Below, piece by piece: positions 19,024 to 28,451 of a stretch of 64,000 nt of DNA (positions are counted from its first letter, which is position 1; each line of letters begins with the position of its first letter). Position numbers and translations under genes: made by a program. A model generated the notes under the pieces. The model was not told the origin of the DNA. It saw only the letters and a list, made by a program, of their open reading frames with translations, and did no database searches. The DNA lies in the NCBI GenBank assembly GCA_963718895.1, contig CAVRAG010000008.1:1184001-1248000 (forward strand), read 5' to 3'. The stretch comes from an uncultured Nitrososphaerota archaeon (GTDB taxonomy: Archaea; Thermoproteota; Nitrososphaeria; Nitrososphaerales; Gagatemarchaeaceae).

Positions 19024-22000
19024 TTAACGGGCGAACTGCCTAGCCTCCTCGTTCAGCCTCCGGCAGCAGTACTCCCTCACGGTGTATTCTCTGATGCCGA
19101 GAGTCTCGGCAGCCTCCCGCTGAGAGACGGTCTTGGGCGAGATTGCCAGGGACGCCAGATAGACCGATCCTGCTGCGACGGTCCTGGGGTTGAAGCCGTT
19201 GGGCTCCGCTGCTGAGGCTACGAGCTCCTTCGCGCGCTCGAAGAGGGTCGTGAAGTACTCCTTCGGGTCTGCTTCTGACTTCCTCAGCCGCTCGGCAATC
19301 CTCTCGCTGGATTGCAGCCTGCCGATGGCGGCCTTCACGAAGTCATCCTTGCTGGGATGGGGGAGGTGCATCCCGGACTCGAGGCCTAACTTCAGCAGGT
19401 CGGACTTGCGGACCCTGTAGCCCGCGTCGGTGTAGGCCTTCAGGACCTCCCTGTGGCTGACGTGCACGACACCTGCTGCCCTGCAGGCGTAGAGCTGAGG
19501 TAAGAGTGCGCTGCCACGCCCTTCAAATCGGGCAGGAAACACGCACCCTCCCTCCCAAACCCGGCGTGATACTTTCGCATCACCGGGCTTTCACTCCTAC
19601 GTCTTCCGTCCTCTTCTTGTGCATTAGATGGATTGATTTCAGCTACCTTTCTTGAGGCAGCTTACTGTGGCATTTCGCGCACAATGTCTGAAGATTTTCG
19701 ACTCGGTGCACGACCTGCGGGTCGAAGACCATTCCTCTGGGGACACGTTCTATGTGGTGCGCCTGTAGTTTCTCCCGACTGCTGCACTGGGTACACTTCC
19801 ATCCATCCCTCTCAAACGTCAGAAGGCGGTTGGAGAGATAGGTTTCATCATTGTACTCGGGCGCAACCGGGTGGGCGTTGGGCGCATCTATGATTGGGTC
19901 GTCGGTTTTCTCTGAAATGCTGGTTGCCGTGTGGCTCTGGTTGGTGTACGGATTCCTGATTGACCTGTATTTCCAGATGAGTTTATGGTTCATGGAGGTG
20001 TGCATGCTCGTATTGGAGGTCATCCTGAAGAGTTCAACCTTGATGTCGCCCCTCTGAATGACCACCCTTCCGTTCGTGCACACGGTTGACAGGTACTTCC
20101 CGACACTGATGTGGTACTTCCTTCGGTACCACTGCCGAAACAAGCGTTCGGCGAGGAAGTCTCCTGTCCTGAATTGTTGGTAGGCATTTACTGCTTTGTA
20201 GTAGTTGGCCCATCCCTTCAAGACCCTGTTCATCGCCGCAACCTTCGTCGGGGGGTCATCGCTTATCGCAGCTGTCCCTAACATCGCTTGCAGCTTGTTC
20301 TTGAGACGGGAAAGATTTCGCTGTGTTGGTCGTATTCTGACACAACTGTAGTATCCCATGTTCACCCGCCGGATGTGGAAACCGAGGAAGTCGAATCCAT
20401 TCTCCAGCGGAATGAGTCTTGTCTTCTCTGTTGACAGGTTCAGATTGAGTCTCTCCTTAAAGAAGCTCCGTATGCTGTTCATGACTGCGGTGGCTCCCGC
20501 TTGGGTGCCTTTCACACTCAAGATGAAGTCATCCGCATACCTGAACAGTACACAACTGGCCTGTTCCGTTTTCTGTTGTTGTACTCTCTGCGTCCTTGTG
20601 AGCTTGCCCCAGTATTCATCCCAGAACTGGTCAAACTCGTTGAGGTAGATGTTGGCTAGCAATGGCGAAAGGACACCACCTTGCGGGGTTCCTTTCCGGA
20701 CTTGTACCTGAATGCCATCTTCGATGACGGGTGCCTTAAGGAACTGACGAATCAGCCACAGGATGCTAGTGTCTGCTATCCTTTTCTTGACAGCTCGCAT
20801 TAGTATCTCATGGTCGATGTTGTCAAAGCACCCTTCGATGTCTCCTTCTATGACCCATTCGTATCTTCGGACGTTGTCCCCGTACCGATACATCGGCAAT
20901 ACACACTCCAACGTGCTTCTCTCAGGTCGGAAGCCATTCGAGTTTGGCAGGAAGTCGGCCTCGAAGATTGGTTCAAGAACCATCTTCAAGACCATCTGCA
21001 CGACCCGATCTCTTATCGTTGGGATGCCTATTGGGCGCCTCCCTCCGTTAGCCTTCGGAATGTACTTCCTAAGCACCGGAGAGGGGTGATATGTTCGCTG
21101 TTTCAGCTCTGTACGCAGTTCTTCGACAAATCTGGCCCTAGCAGACGGCTCGTGCAGGTCTGCCCCGCACACTCCGTCCACACCTGAGGTCTTCGCGCCA
21201 GCGTTGTCTAGAACCGCTTCGAGAGCCGAGTTGAGCCACTCTCTTTTCCAGAGTAGCGAATGGAGGTTGTAGAATTGCTTGCTTGGTCGTAGTGTTGCGA
21301 TTCTTGCGAGTCCACTCTGGATGCAGAGAATGGCTCTGCCTTCCCTCTTGCGGGGGACTACCGATGATTGCTCATCGGTTTTGTTGTTTGAGCCCATTCT
21401 CTCACCTCCTTTTGTGTTTCGTGGACTGAATCCATCCTTTGCACAGTTCGGACTTCGGATTTCGGACTAGAGTCCTTCCCCACAGGTCGGTAATTGGCCG
21501 ACATTCAGGGTACTATGACTCCTCGGAGCCAACCCAGTCAAATCAGACGCAGCCGTCCTATCCACTCGCCCTTTATCGACGAGAGGCAGACCGGGTTGGG
21601 TCTCACGTTCTGTAAGGAGCACGTCTGTAGACGGATTTAGGCACCCACCAGTATTCGGGAAGATTCCGCCACGCCGGGCGGTTCTCGCCTTCCTAAAGGA
21701 AGGGGATTTGCCATTCCTCTCACTGCACAGGAATGGTAACCCTCCATGTCGTGCGCCCTTCTATCCTAGTGTCTTCGCACGACCGGCCTACTATCTGTTG
21801 TGGGTTCCTTATCGTTGCCATGTCCGTCCTTAGGTCGCCGTCTCGGGAACCTAGGCTGTTCCCTTATCGGCTGTCTATGTCTGGGGCTAGCCCCATGCTG
21901 GGCTCTGCTCAGAGCCCAACATGCCAGACGACTTTCACCTTCGGGAGTCCAAACCTTACGGCTGTGGACGCCCAGCCCTACCTACTGTAGTGTGGGATGA

Positions 22001-25000
22001 TAATTCCGGAACGCTTTCAATTCGTAGTGGTAGCGATGGTTGTGGTGTGTGGCTTCCACTTGTTTGATGCAAAGGCTATTGTGACTGCAGACACAAGGAC
22101 TGCAATTCCTATGTAATTCAGTGTGTAGTTGGCTGGAGCTGTATCCTTGGTTCGAGGCAGGATTGTACTGTGTGGCTGTTACTGATGGATTGATGGCACC
22201 AAAGATGAGAAGTATGGCTCCTATGATGCCTAGTATGAGTGCCAGTCCCAAGATAGTCTGTTTGGTCATCTTGTCGTACCTGCACCTATGGGACTGTTCA
22301 TGTCTTAAGTACTTTTGTCCGAACGGAAATGTTCATAGTGGTCGGTGGTTGACCCTACAGTCCTTCGGGCATTGCTCCTTACAGCGGGCCTCGGTTACTT
22401 TTCAGTAACAGGGGCTTTCGTGACGCGCCAGCGAGTAGGCCGATATCGAGGGGATCGTGGCCTCGTAGGACTCCCTTTGGGGGAGGAGCCTCCTCGCCGT
22501 GATGTCGGCAGCCTGCGCGATGCTCTTGGGGAGGGACAGCCTCTCGGCTATCCTGTTCGTCAGCATCGAGCACGTCGGCATCGGTCCGCCTCGCCCGACG
22601 ATGTTCGGCATCAGCTTCGCCCACCCGAAGGCGGGGCCCTTCAGAGAGGAGGCGCTCTCCGTGTCCGCGACTATGTACGAGCCAAGGGGCTCGCTCTTGC
22701 TCACGGATGGCGCCGTCGACCCGTCCTCGCGCGTGTAGTCCGCCCTGCTCACGACGATCCCGCAGAAGGAGCACGTGAGCTCCGTTCGTTCCTCTCCCGC
22801 GTAGACCTGAGGTAAGAGTGCGCCGCCATGCTCAAAATATCGAGCAGGAAGCACGCACCCTCCCTCCCAAACCCGGCGTGATACTTTCGCATCACCGGGC
22901 TTTCACCCCTACGTCCTCCGTCCTCTTCTTGTGCATTGGATGGATGATTCCGATTCTCCCAGACTTGTCGCTTCTTCGGTATGGGTCGCGAATATTGTTC
23001 TTACTCCGCAAGGTTCTTATGTTACGGATGAGGTTGTTCCGAGTTGAAATGAAGTGGATTCAGCTGGCTCCGGTAGTTGGCTTCGTTTTGACGCTTGCTT
23101 CCTTGTTGTATGTGTGGAATCCCTATACTTGGGGTGTTACAGAGTTAAGCTACGGTTATCCTTTGCCGTGGCTTACCAGCTTTGCCTCTGTAGCGGGTAC
23201 ACATTGGGCAATGAATGTTGTGGGTCTTGCCGTCGACTTCTTGGTCTGGCTTGCTATATCTGCTGCAGGAATTTTCTTGTTGTCCTTGCGCAGTGCAAGA
23301 GAATTGTTGTTCCAGAGGTCAGCTTGGTCTAGGCTGTTTTAGATGGCATTTTGCGCATAGGGTCTGTAAGTTCGCAATCCTGTGCACAACTTCCGGGTCG
23401 AATATTCCTTTGGGCACTGGTTCGACATGATGCGCCTGAAGTTGCTCCCGACTGCCGCACCGAGTACACCTCCATCCATCCCTCTCAAACGCTAGTAGGC
23501 GGTTGGAGGAATAGATTTCACCGTCGTACGCAGGTGCAAGCGGTTGGATGTTGGGCGCATCTATGATTGGGTCGTCGTTTTCCTCTGGAATGCCGGTTGC
23601 CTTATGATCCTGGCTGATGTATGGATTCCTGATTGACCTGTATCGCCAGAGGAGCTCATGATTCCTTATGGTGTGCGTGCTCGTGCTGGATGCCATCCGG
23701 AAAAGTTCGGCTTTTACACCCCGCCTCTGGACGACCACTTTGCCATTACTGAGGACTTGCGCTAGGAACTTCCGGACGCTTACCTTGTACTTGCGACAGT
23801 ACCACTTGCAGAACAGGCGTTCGGCCAGAAAGTCCCCGGTTCTGAATTGCTGGTACGAATTGACTGACGTGTAGTAGTTGGCCCATCCCCTCAAGACTCT
23901 GTTCAGGGCTGCAATTTTCATGTGCGGCTCGTCGCGCGACGCGGTGGGCCCGAGCATGGATTGCAATTTGTTCCTGAGGCGGTATAGGTTCCTCTGTGTA
24001 GGTCGTATTCTGACGCACTCGCCGTAGTCTAGGTGCACCCGCTGGATGTGGAATCCAAGAAAATTGAATCCCTCTTCCAGACGGACGACCCTGGTCTTGT
24101 CTGTGGATAGGTCCAGCCTGAGCTTGCTCTTGAAGAAGCTCCTGATGCTGTCCATGACGGCGTTGACCCCCTCTTCAGTGCCTCTCGCACTTAGGATGAA
24201 GTCATCAGCGTACCTGAACAGCACACAGTTGGCCTGTCCGTGTCTCTGGCGTTTCTTTCTTTGATCTGCTGTGAGTCTGCCCCAGTTTTCATACCAGAAC
24301 TGGTCAAACTTGTTGAGGTAGATGTTGGCGAGCAGTGGTGAAAGAACACCTCCTTGTGGTGTTCCCTTGCGGGTTTTTGTCCGGATGCCTTCGTCGATGA
24401 CGGGTGCCTTGAGGAACCGACGAATCAGCCACAGGATACTGTTGTCGGCTATCCTCTTCTGGACAGCTTCCATCAGGATTCCGTGGTCGATGTTGTCGAA
24501 GCACCCTTCGATGTCTCCCTCGATGACCCATTGGTAGAGGTTGTGGCTGTTCCCGTAGCGGTACATTGGCAATACGCACTCCAGCGTGCTTCGCTCAGGT
24601 CTGAAGCCGTTGGAATTGGGCAGGAAGTCGGCCTCGAAGATTGGTTCGAGAACCATCTTCAAGACCATCTGCACCACCCTATCCCTTATCGTTGGAATGC
24701 CTATTGGCCGCTCCTTCCCGTTGGCTTTTGGAATATACTTCCTGAGCACTGGGGAGGGATGGTAGGTTCGTTGCTTCAGCTCCGTCCGCAGTTCCTCGAC
24801 GAATCTGGCCCTAGCAGACGGTTCGTGCAGGTCAGCCCCGCACACTCCGTCCACGCCTGAGGTCTTCGCGCCAGCGTTGTCTAAGACTGCTTCAAGAGCT
24901 GTTTGTAGCCACTCTCTTCTCCAGAGTAGTGAGTGTAGGTTGTGGAATTGCTTGTCTTTCCTTCTTGTTGCTGATATGGCGAGTCCACTCTGGATATGGA

Positions 25001-25865
25001 GAATGACTCTGCCTTCGTCCTTGCGGACTACTGGACTCAGCGATTGCTCACCGAGCTTATTGTTTAAGTCCATTCTCTCACCTCCTTTTTTGTGTTTCGT
25101 GGACTGAATCCATCCTTTGCACAGTTCGGACTTCGGATTTCGGGCTAGAGTCCTTCCCCGCAGGTCGGTAATTAGCCGACGTTCAGGGTACTATGACTCC
25201 TCGGAGCCAACCCGGTCAAATCGGACGCAGCTGTCCTATCCACTCGCCCTTTATCGACGAGAGGCAGACCGAATTGGGTCTCACGTTCTGCAGGGAGCAC
25301 ATCTACAGACAGGTTTAGGCACCCACCAGTGACCGAGAGAGCCCCGGCACGTCGGCTGGTTCTCGCCTTCCTGCGGAAGGGGATTTGCCACACTATGGTC
25401 TCGTAAAGTGTGGTGGTTCTCTATACCATGCGCGCCTCGTCCTATCCTAGCGTCTTCGCATGGCGCAGGGACATTCTGTTGTGGGTTCCTTATCGTTGCC
25501 TTGCCTGTCCTCAGGTCGCCGCCTCGAATGCCTAGGCTGCACTCTTTGCGGCTGTCTATGTCTGGGGCTAGCCCCATGCCGGACTCTGCTCAGAGTCCAA
25601 CACGCCAGACGACTTTCACCTTCGGGAGTCCTGACCTCACGGTCGAGGACGCCCAGCCCTACCAGCTGCTTTCGCAGCCCTTCGGGCATTGCTCCTTACA
25701 GCGGGGAAGTGGCTTATTCAGCTACTTCCTTTCGTGACGCGCGAGGCCTTCCCTGCACTCCGGGCACCTGCCCAGGATGCTGTACTCCTCGTACGCGGCC
25801 AGCTCTCGTCCGTCCACTCTTCTGAATTCCTTGAACCCCTTGCATGTTTTTCGGTCTCCTGCCAT
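19024..25865 (-). CDS. TFB/TFIIB-like transcription factor split into three exons: 25865-25743, 22806-22429, 19494-19024 (~323 aa spliced; start codon tentative)
   Basis: Joined exons give the Zn ribbon CPEC-REGL|VYAGEERTELT-CSFC, cyclin repeat 1 (IAERLSLPKSI...ISAYSL|LYACR) and repeat 2 (NPRTVAAGSVYLA...VSQREAAETLGIREYTVR); all exon lengths are multiples of 3. Confidence 0.85.
19643..21397 (-). CDS. ltrA: Group II intron-encoded RT/maturase with C-terminal HNH endonuclease
   Basis: GVDG, RPIGIPTIRDRVVQ, GFRP, GDIEGCFDNI, GTPQGGVLSPLLANIYL, RYADD, GWANYY, CxxC..HH..N..CxxCH; SD GGAGGTG. Confidence 0.95.
   Translation of the reverse strand: MGSNNKTDEQSSVVPRKREGRAILCIQSGLARIATLRPSKQFYNLHSLLWKREWLNSALEAVLDNAGAKTSGVDGVCGADLHEPSARARFVEELRTELKQRTYHPSPVLRKYIPKANGGRRPIGIPTIRDRVVQMVLKMVLEPIFEADFLPNSNGFRPERSTLECVLPMYRYGDNVRRYEWVIEGDIEGCFDNIDHEILMRAVKKRIADTSILWLIRQFLKAPVIEDGIQVQVRKGTPQGGVLSPLLANIYLNEFDQFWDEYWGKLTRTQRVQQQKTEQASCVLFRYADDFILSVKGTQAGATAVMNSIRSFFKERLNLNLSTEKTRLIPLENGFDFLGFHIRRVNMGYYSCVRIRPTQRNLSRLKNKLQAMLGTAAISDDPPTKVAAMNRVLKGWANYYKAVNAYQQFRTGDFLAERLFRQWYRRKYHISVGKYLSTVCTNGRVVIQRGDIKVELFRMTSNTSMHTSMNHKLIWKYRSIRNPYTNQSHTATSISEKTDDPIIDAPNAHPVAPEYNDETYLSNRLLTFERDGWKCTQCSSREKLQAHHIERVPRGMVFDPQVVHRVENLQTLCAKCHSKLPQER
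21982..22269 (-). CDS. Small membrane protein carried inside domain I of intron A (probably frameshifted near 22120)
   Basis: N-terminal TM ILGLALILGIIGAILLIFGAI; second TM (YIGIAVLVSAVTIAF) in an alternate frame; absent from intron B. Confidence 0.55.
   Translation of the reverse strand: MTKQTILGLALILGIIGAILLIFGAINPSVTATQYNPASNQGYSSSQLHTELHRNCSPCVCSHNSLCIKQVEATHHNHRYHYELKAFRNYHPTLQ
23049..23342 (+). CDS. Small two-TM membrane protein carried antisense inside domain IV of intron B
   Basis: 97-aa ORF: TM - YGYPLPWL - TM; region absent from intron A. Confidence 0.65.
   Translation: MKWIQLAPVVGFVLTLASLLYVWNPYTWGVTELSYGYPLPWLTSFASVAGTHWAMNVVGLAVDFLVWLAISAAGIFLLSLRSARELLFQRSAWSRLF
23319..25073 (-). 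CDS. ltrA: Group II intron-encoded RT/maturase with HNH endonuclease (sister of 19643-21397)
   Basis: Same RT motifs, YADD, domain X and HNH; same 584-aa length. Confidence 0.95.
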   Translation of the reverse strand: MDLNNKLGEQSLSPVVRKDEGRVILHIQSGLAISATRRKDKQFHNLHSLLWRREWLQTALEAVLDNAGAKTSGVDGVCGADLHEPSARARFVEELRTELKQRTYHPSPVLRKYIPKANGKERPIGIPTIRDRVVQMVLKMVLEPIFEADFLPNSNGFRPERSTLECVLPMYRYGNSHNLYQWVIEGDIEGCFDNIDHGILMEAVQKRIADNSILWLIRRFLKAPVIDEGIRTKTRKGTPQGGVLSPLLANIYLNKFDQFWYENWGRLTADQRKKRQRHGQANCVLFRYADDFILSARGTEEGVNAVMDSIRSFFKSKLRLDLSTDKTRVVRLEEGFNFLGFHIQRVHLDYGECVRIRPTQRNLYRLRNKLQSMLGPTASRDEPHMKIAALNRVLRGWANYYTSVNSYQQFRTGDFLAERLFCKWYCRKYKVSVRKFLAQVLSNGKVVVQRRGVKAELFRMASSTSTHTIRNHELLWRYRSIRNPYISQDHKATGIPEENDDPIIDAPNIQPLAPAYDGEIYSSNRLLAFERDGWRCTRCGSREQLQAHHVEPVPKGIFDPEVVHRIANLQTLCAKCHLKQPRPS

Positions 25866-26461
25866 GCTTCGTCCTGGCACGCTCCGGTGGTTCAACCGGC
25901 GTAGGCGCTGCCAGCTTCTCGTTCTCGAATCCTTCAGGAAGGGATGGCGGACAGCAGAGGCTTCACTTGGTCCCCGTCCGGGATCGCATGGGCGGATAAT
26001 AATGGGCCCAATGTGATCTGTCTAGCCGGTCCTCAAGTCGCAGCTTCGTTTCTGCCCAGTGGTTGGGTAGAAACTATTGGATATGGCTGCGGCCCGGACC
26101 GGTCAAGGAACGGGGGTGAAGCTTCCGCTTCCGTCACTCTCCTGAAGGCCGATGGAGGAGAAGTTCTTTCGCGTCCTTCTGGGTGGACTTATGGCATCGA
26201 GTGTGCCCAGAGGACGGCCGTTGGGCCCGGATACTTCCGTCCGGGTGGAGAACGGTCAACCAAAGACTGCGCTCATCTTCATGTCGAAAAGTCGGATGAG
26301 CCGTCACCGGGTATCCCGTTCTCTCCCGCAGACGATTGGCCGACGAAGGCGTTCAGTAGCCTACGCTGGTGCCAAGGTCACAGGTTCATACCGAAATCAG
26401 AGAGAGAAAGACGAAATACGGCAGCAAAGGCTCGTTCAGTATTTAACACGGGCACGGGGAT

Positions 26462-26556
26462 GTTGCCAACCGACAGTCCGAATCACCAGTTTGGCAACGT
26501 AATTGGCAACATCGGAGACCAATTTGGCAACATCGTTGGCAACATGACTTGGCAAC
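26462..26556. repeat. Iteron-like cluster: five direct TTGGCAAC (26491, 26503, 26524, 26536, 26549) plus one inverted copy (26462)
   Basis: Read directly; lies in the divergent intergenic region. Confidence 0.75.
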
Positions 26557-26574
26557 ATCATTCTCACGTTAAGA

Positions 26575-28206
26575 ATGACCTCGCCGATAGATGGCATGAA
26601 CCCCGGGGCGCCCATCTTCCTCTACATTCCGTTTCCTTACTGGGGTGTCTTCGTCTTGGTGCTGTACAGGCACGACCTGTCGAGGCTGTCTCATCCCTTC
26701 AGGGACGACGGGAGCCCGATCAAGTGGTGGTCGGTCTTGAACCACATGGGTCTGCTCGCCACTGCTAAGGCAGCGAGGCCGCGGAGCATCAGGGGAGTCC
26801 TACCCTACGTCGCCCTGTTCGCCGTCTCGGCGGTGGTGAGCCTGAGCTGGACCTTTCGGCTTTTCCCTCCATTCTATTACTACCTGATCATCGTCCAGGG
26901 CATCTCCGCCATCGTCCTCGACCGCGGCGACCTTGCGGTACCTCGGCCCGCCTCCCAGGAGGCCTACGTCGACGTTCTCAGATACCCGCGGCTCGGGTCG
27001 AGGATAAGGCACCTCGGGAAGGTCCCACAGGACAGGCGAGAGAATCGAGCCCTCCAGAGAGCCTCAGGAGATTCAGAAATGACCTCAAATCAGGCTCAGA
27101 AGAAGGAGAGCGCCAAGAAACGGGTCCGGTTCTTCAATGTCTCCCTCAGGAACGGCATCGTGGTCTCCACCCCGGCATACCCGGAGAAGCAGGCCTTCCT
27201 CGGCCATGTCATCAGGGCGCTTGAGAGTTCCAACCCCGACTTCGCCTGGATCCAGTTCCTCTTCGTCAGGTCAGACTACAGCTCAGCGCTGGTCAGGCTG
27301 AAGAACTCCATGCACAGGGCCAAGGTATCCATCGAGCAGCCGACAATCGACATGGTCAGCGGTGAGGAGCGGGACAGGAGGGAGCTGCACCGGGACTACT
27401 ACAGGCAGTCGGACGCCAGGATGAAGAAGATCGATGACATCGCGACCAAGCCGACAGTTACTCTTGCGATTCAGGGGATGTGGGTCTGCGATAAGGGAGC
27501 AAGTTCGCCCAACTCTCTTCCCTTCGACCACTGTTCGGACGAGCACGACAGCCTGGCGGTCTTCCAGTACCGCGACCCGAGGATGCTCCTTGAGCTGGTC
27601 GACAGGAGGATGGTCGTGGACATCTCGGAGTACTTCGACCGCTACACAAAGTCGAGGATGGAGCCGCCCTCCTTCCTCGTTACTCCGGAGGAGCTGGTGT
27701 CGTACATCCATCTGCCTGCCGGTGAGGTGGCCAAGTCTCTCAGCTCCCTGCAGGATGAGGAATCCAAGCGGGAGTTCTCTCAGGGAAAGGTCGAGGAGGA
27801 TGAGGAGACCAAAGAGAGTCAGAGCAGCGATATCTCCTCAAAACTGGTCAGGCTCGTGAAGGTGCCCACCACTGACGAGGTCTTGGAGGATTCAGCGATT
27901 CAGCCTCTCTCCCACCTCGCAGCCCCGACGGTGAGGACGCTCGAACTCGTATACTCCGGTGGGAAGACCGAGGTGTTGCTCTCCGCCGAGACGGTCGAGG
28001 ACATGAGGAAGTACACAGGGCTACTCAGCCTTGTCTATGGTGGCCTGAAGTTCGAGAGGGCCGAGCCCCAGCCCGCATTCATGATAGAGCTGCCCGTAGT
28101 CATAGGCCTCCTCTCGGCAGACCTAGAAAAGGAGCGGCCCGCAGCCAACACCGAAACTCCGGTCATAGGAATAGACCCCGATCCATTGTCCGGGCCCAGC
28201 TCCTAG
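26575..28206 (+). CDS. Membrane-associated hypothetical protein, possibly transfer-related
   Basis: 543 aa with N-terminal TM segments followed by a soluble domain; function only guessed from context. Confidence 0.55.
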   Translation: MTSPIDGMNPGAPIFLYIPFPYWGVFVLVLYRHDLSRLSHPFRDDGSPIKWWSVLNHMGLLATAKAARPRSIRGVLPYVALFAVSAVVSLSWTFRLFPPFYYYLIIVQGISAIVLDRGDLAVPRPASQEAYVDVLRYPRLGSRIRHLGKVPQDRRENRALQRASGDSEMTSNQAQKKESAKKRVRFFNVSLRNGIVVSTPAYPEKQAFLGHVIRALESSNPDFAWIQFLFVRSDYSSALVRLKNSMHRAKVSIEQPTIDMVSGEERDRRELHRDYYRQSDARMKKIDDIATKPTVTLAIQGMWVCDKGASSPNSLPFDHCSDEHDSLAVFQYRDPRMLLELVDRRMVVDISEYFDRYTKSRMEPPSFLVTPEELVSYIHLPAGEVAKSLSSLQDEESKREFSQGKVEEDEETKESQSSDISSKLVRLVKVPTTDEVLEDSAIQPLSHLAAPTVRTLELVYSGGKTEVLLSAETVEDMRKYTGLLSLVYGGLKFERAEPQPAFMIELPVVIGLLSADLEKERPAANTETPVIGIDPDPLSGPSS

Positions 28207-28371
28207 GAGATAACAGTCCAGCGACTGCGTAAAGTGGATCTGGAAGTTGGCGCAGGGGATGCTCGAGCCGCACATGGGATCGACGTACGAACTGCTGACA
28301 CTCACCACAGGAACTGCGAAGACGAATGCTAGTGCCAGGACGACGACAAGGAGAATCACCTTTCGACTCAA
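28123..28371 (-). CDS. Small Cys-containing secreted/membrane peptide
   Basis: TM followed by PVV..C..C..SL pattern shared with 32196, 34595 and 36917 genes; shared motif upstream at 28424-28444. Confidence 0.55.
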   Translation of the reverse strand: MSRKVILLVVVLALAFVFAVPVVSVSSSYVDPMCGSSIPCANFQIHFTQSLDCYLLGAGPGQWIGVYSYDRSFGVGCGPLLF

Positions 28372-28451
28372 CCTCGGCGTGGTAATCTCATCCCTGCGTC
28401 GAACGCTTGTTGGGTTGATTCTTGATTAATACCTTTGTCCGAACGGCGCCA

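Larger units (their letters stand above)
19495..22428 (-). mobile_element. Group II intron A (2934 nt), GCGCG...CCTCAG boundaries
   Basis: DV at 19557-19590 (AGC triad, GAAA loop); DVI with bulged A at -7; EBS1 21719-21725 and EBS2 21784-21792 complementary to the 5' exon; RT ORF in DIV. Confidence 0.9.
22807..25742 (-). mobile_element. Group II intron B (2936 nt), GCGCG...CCTCAG boundaries
   Basis: DV at 22869-22902; DVI with covarying inner stem (GCTC/GAGC vs GCCC/GGGC in A); EBS1 25397-25402 and EBS2 25465-25471 match exon 1. Confidence 0.9.

Noticed and set aside
19527-19556. Canonical-looking 3' intron end ...CCCGAT (and ...CTCGAT at 22839), or a 3'-extension model
   Set aside because: It does not restore the TFB reading frame. 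The ~32 nt beyond it are conserved in both introns and form the 3' strand of DVI with the bulged A.
19643-25073. RT pair as a DGR, retron or CRISPR-associated RT
   Set aside because: Complete group II RNA domains, domain X and HNH are present; I saw no TR/VR pair with adenine-specific mismatches, no msr/msd and no cas genes.
25944-26768. 274-aa ORF on the + strand
   Set aside because: Low-information composition, runs through the iteron cluster and overlaps the next gene; likely spurious.
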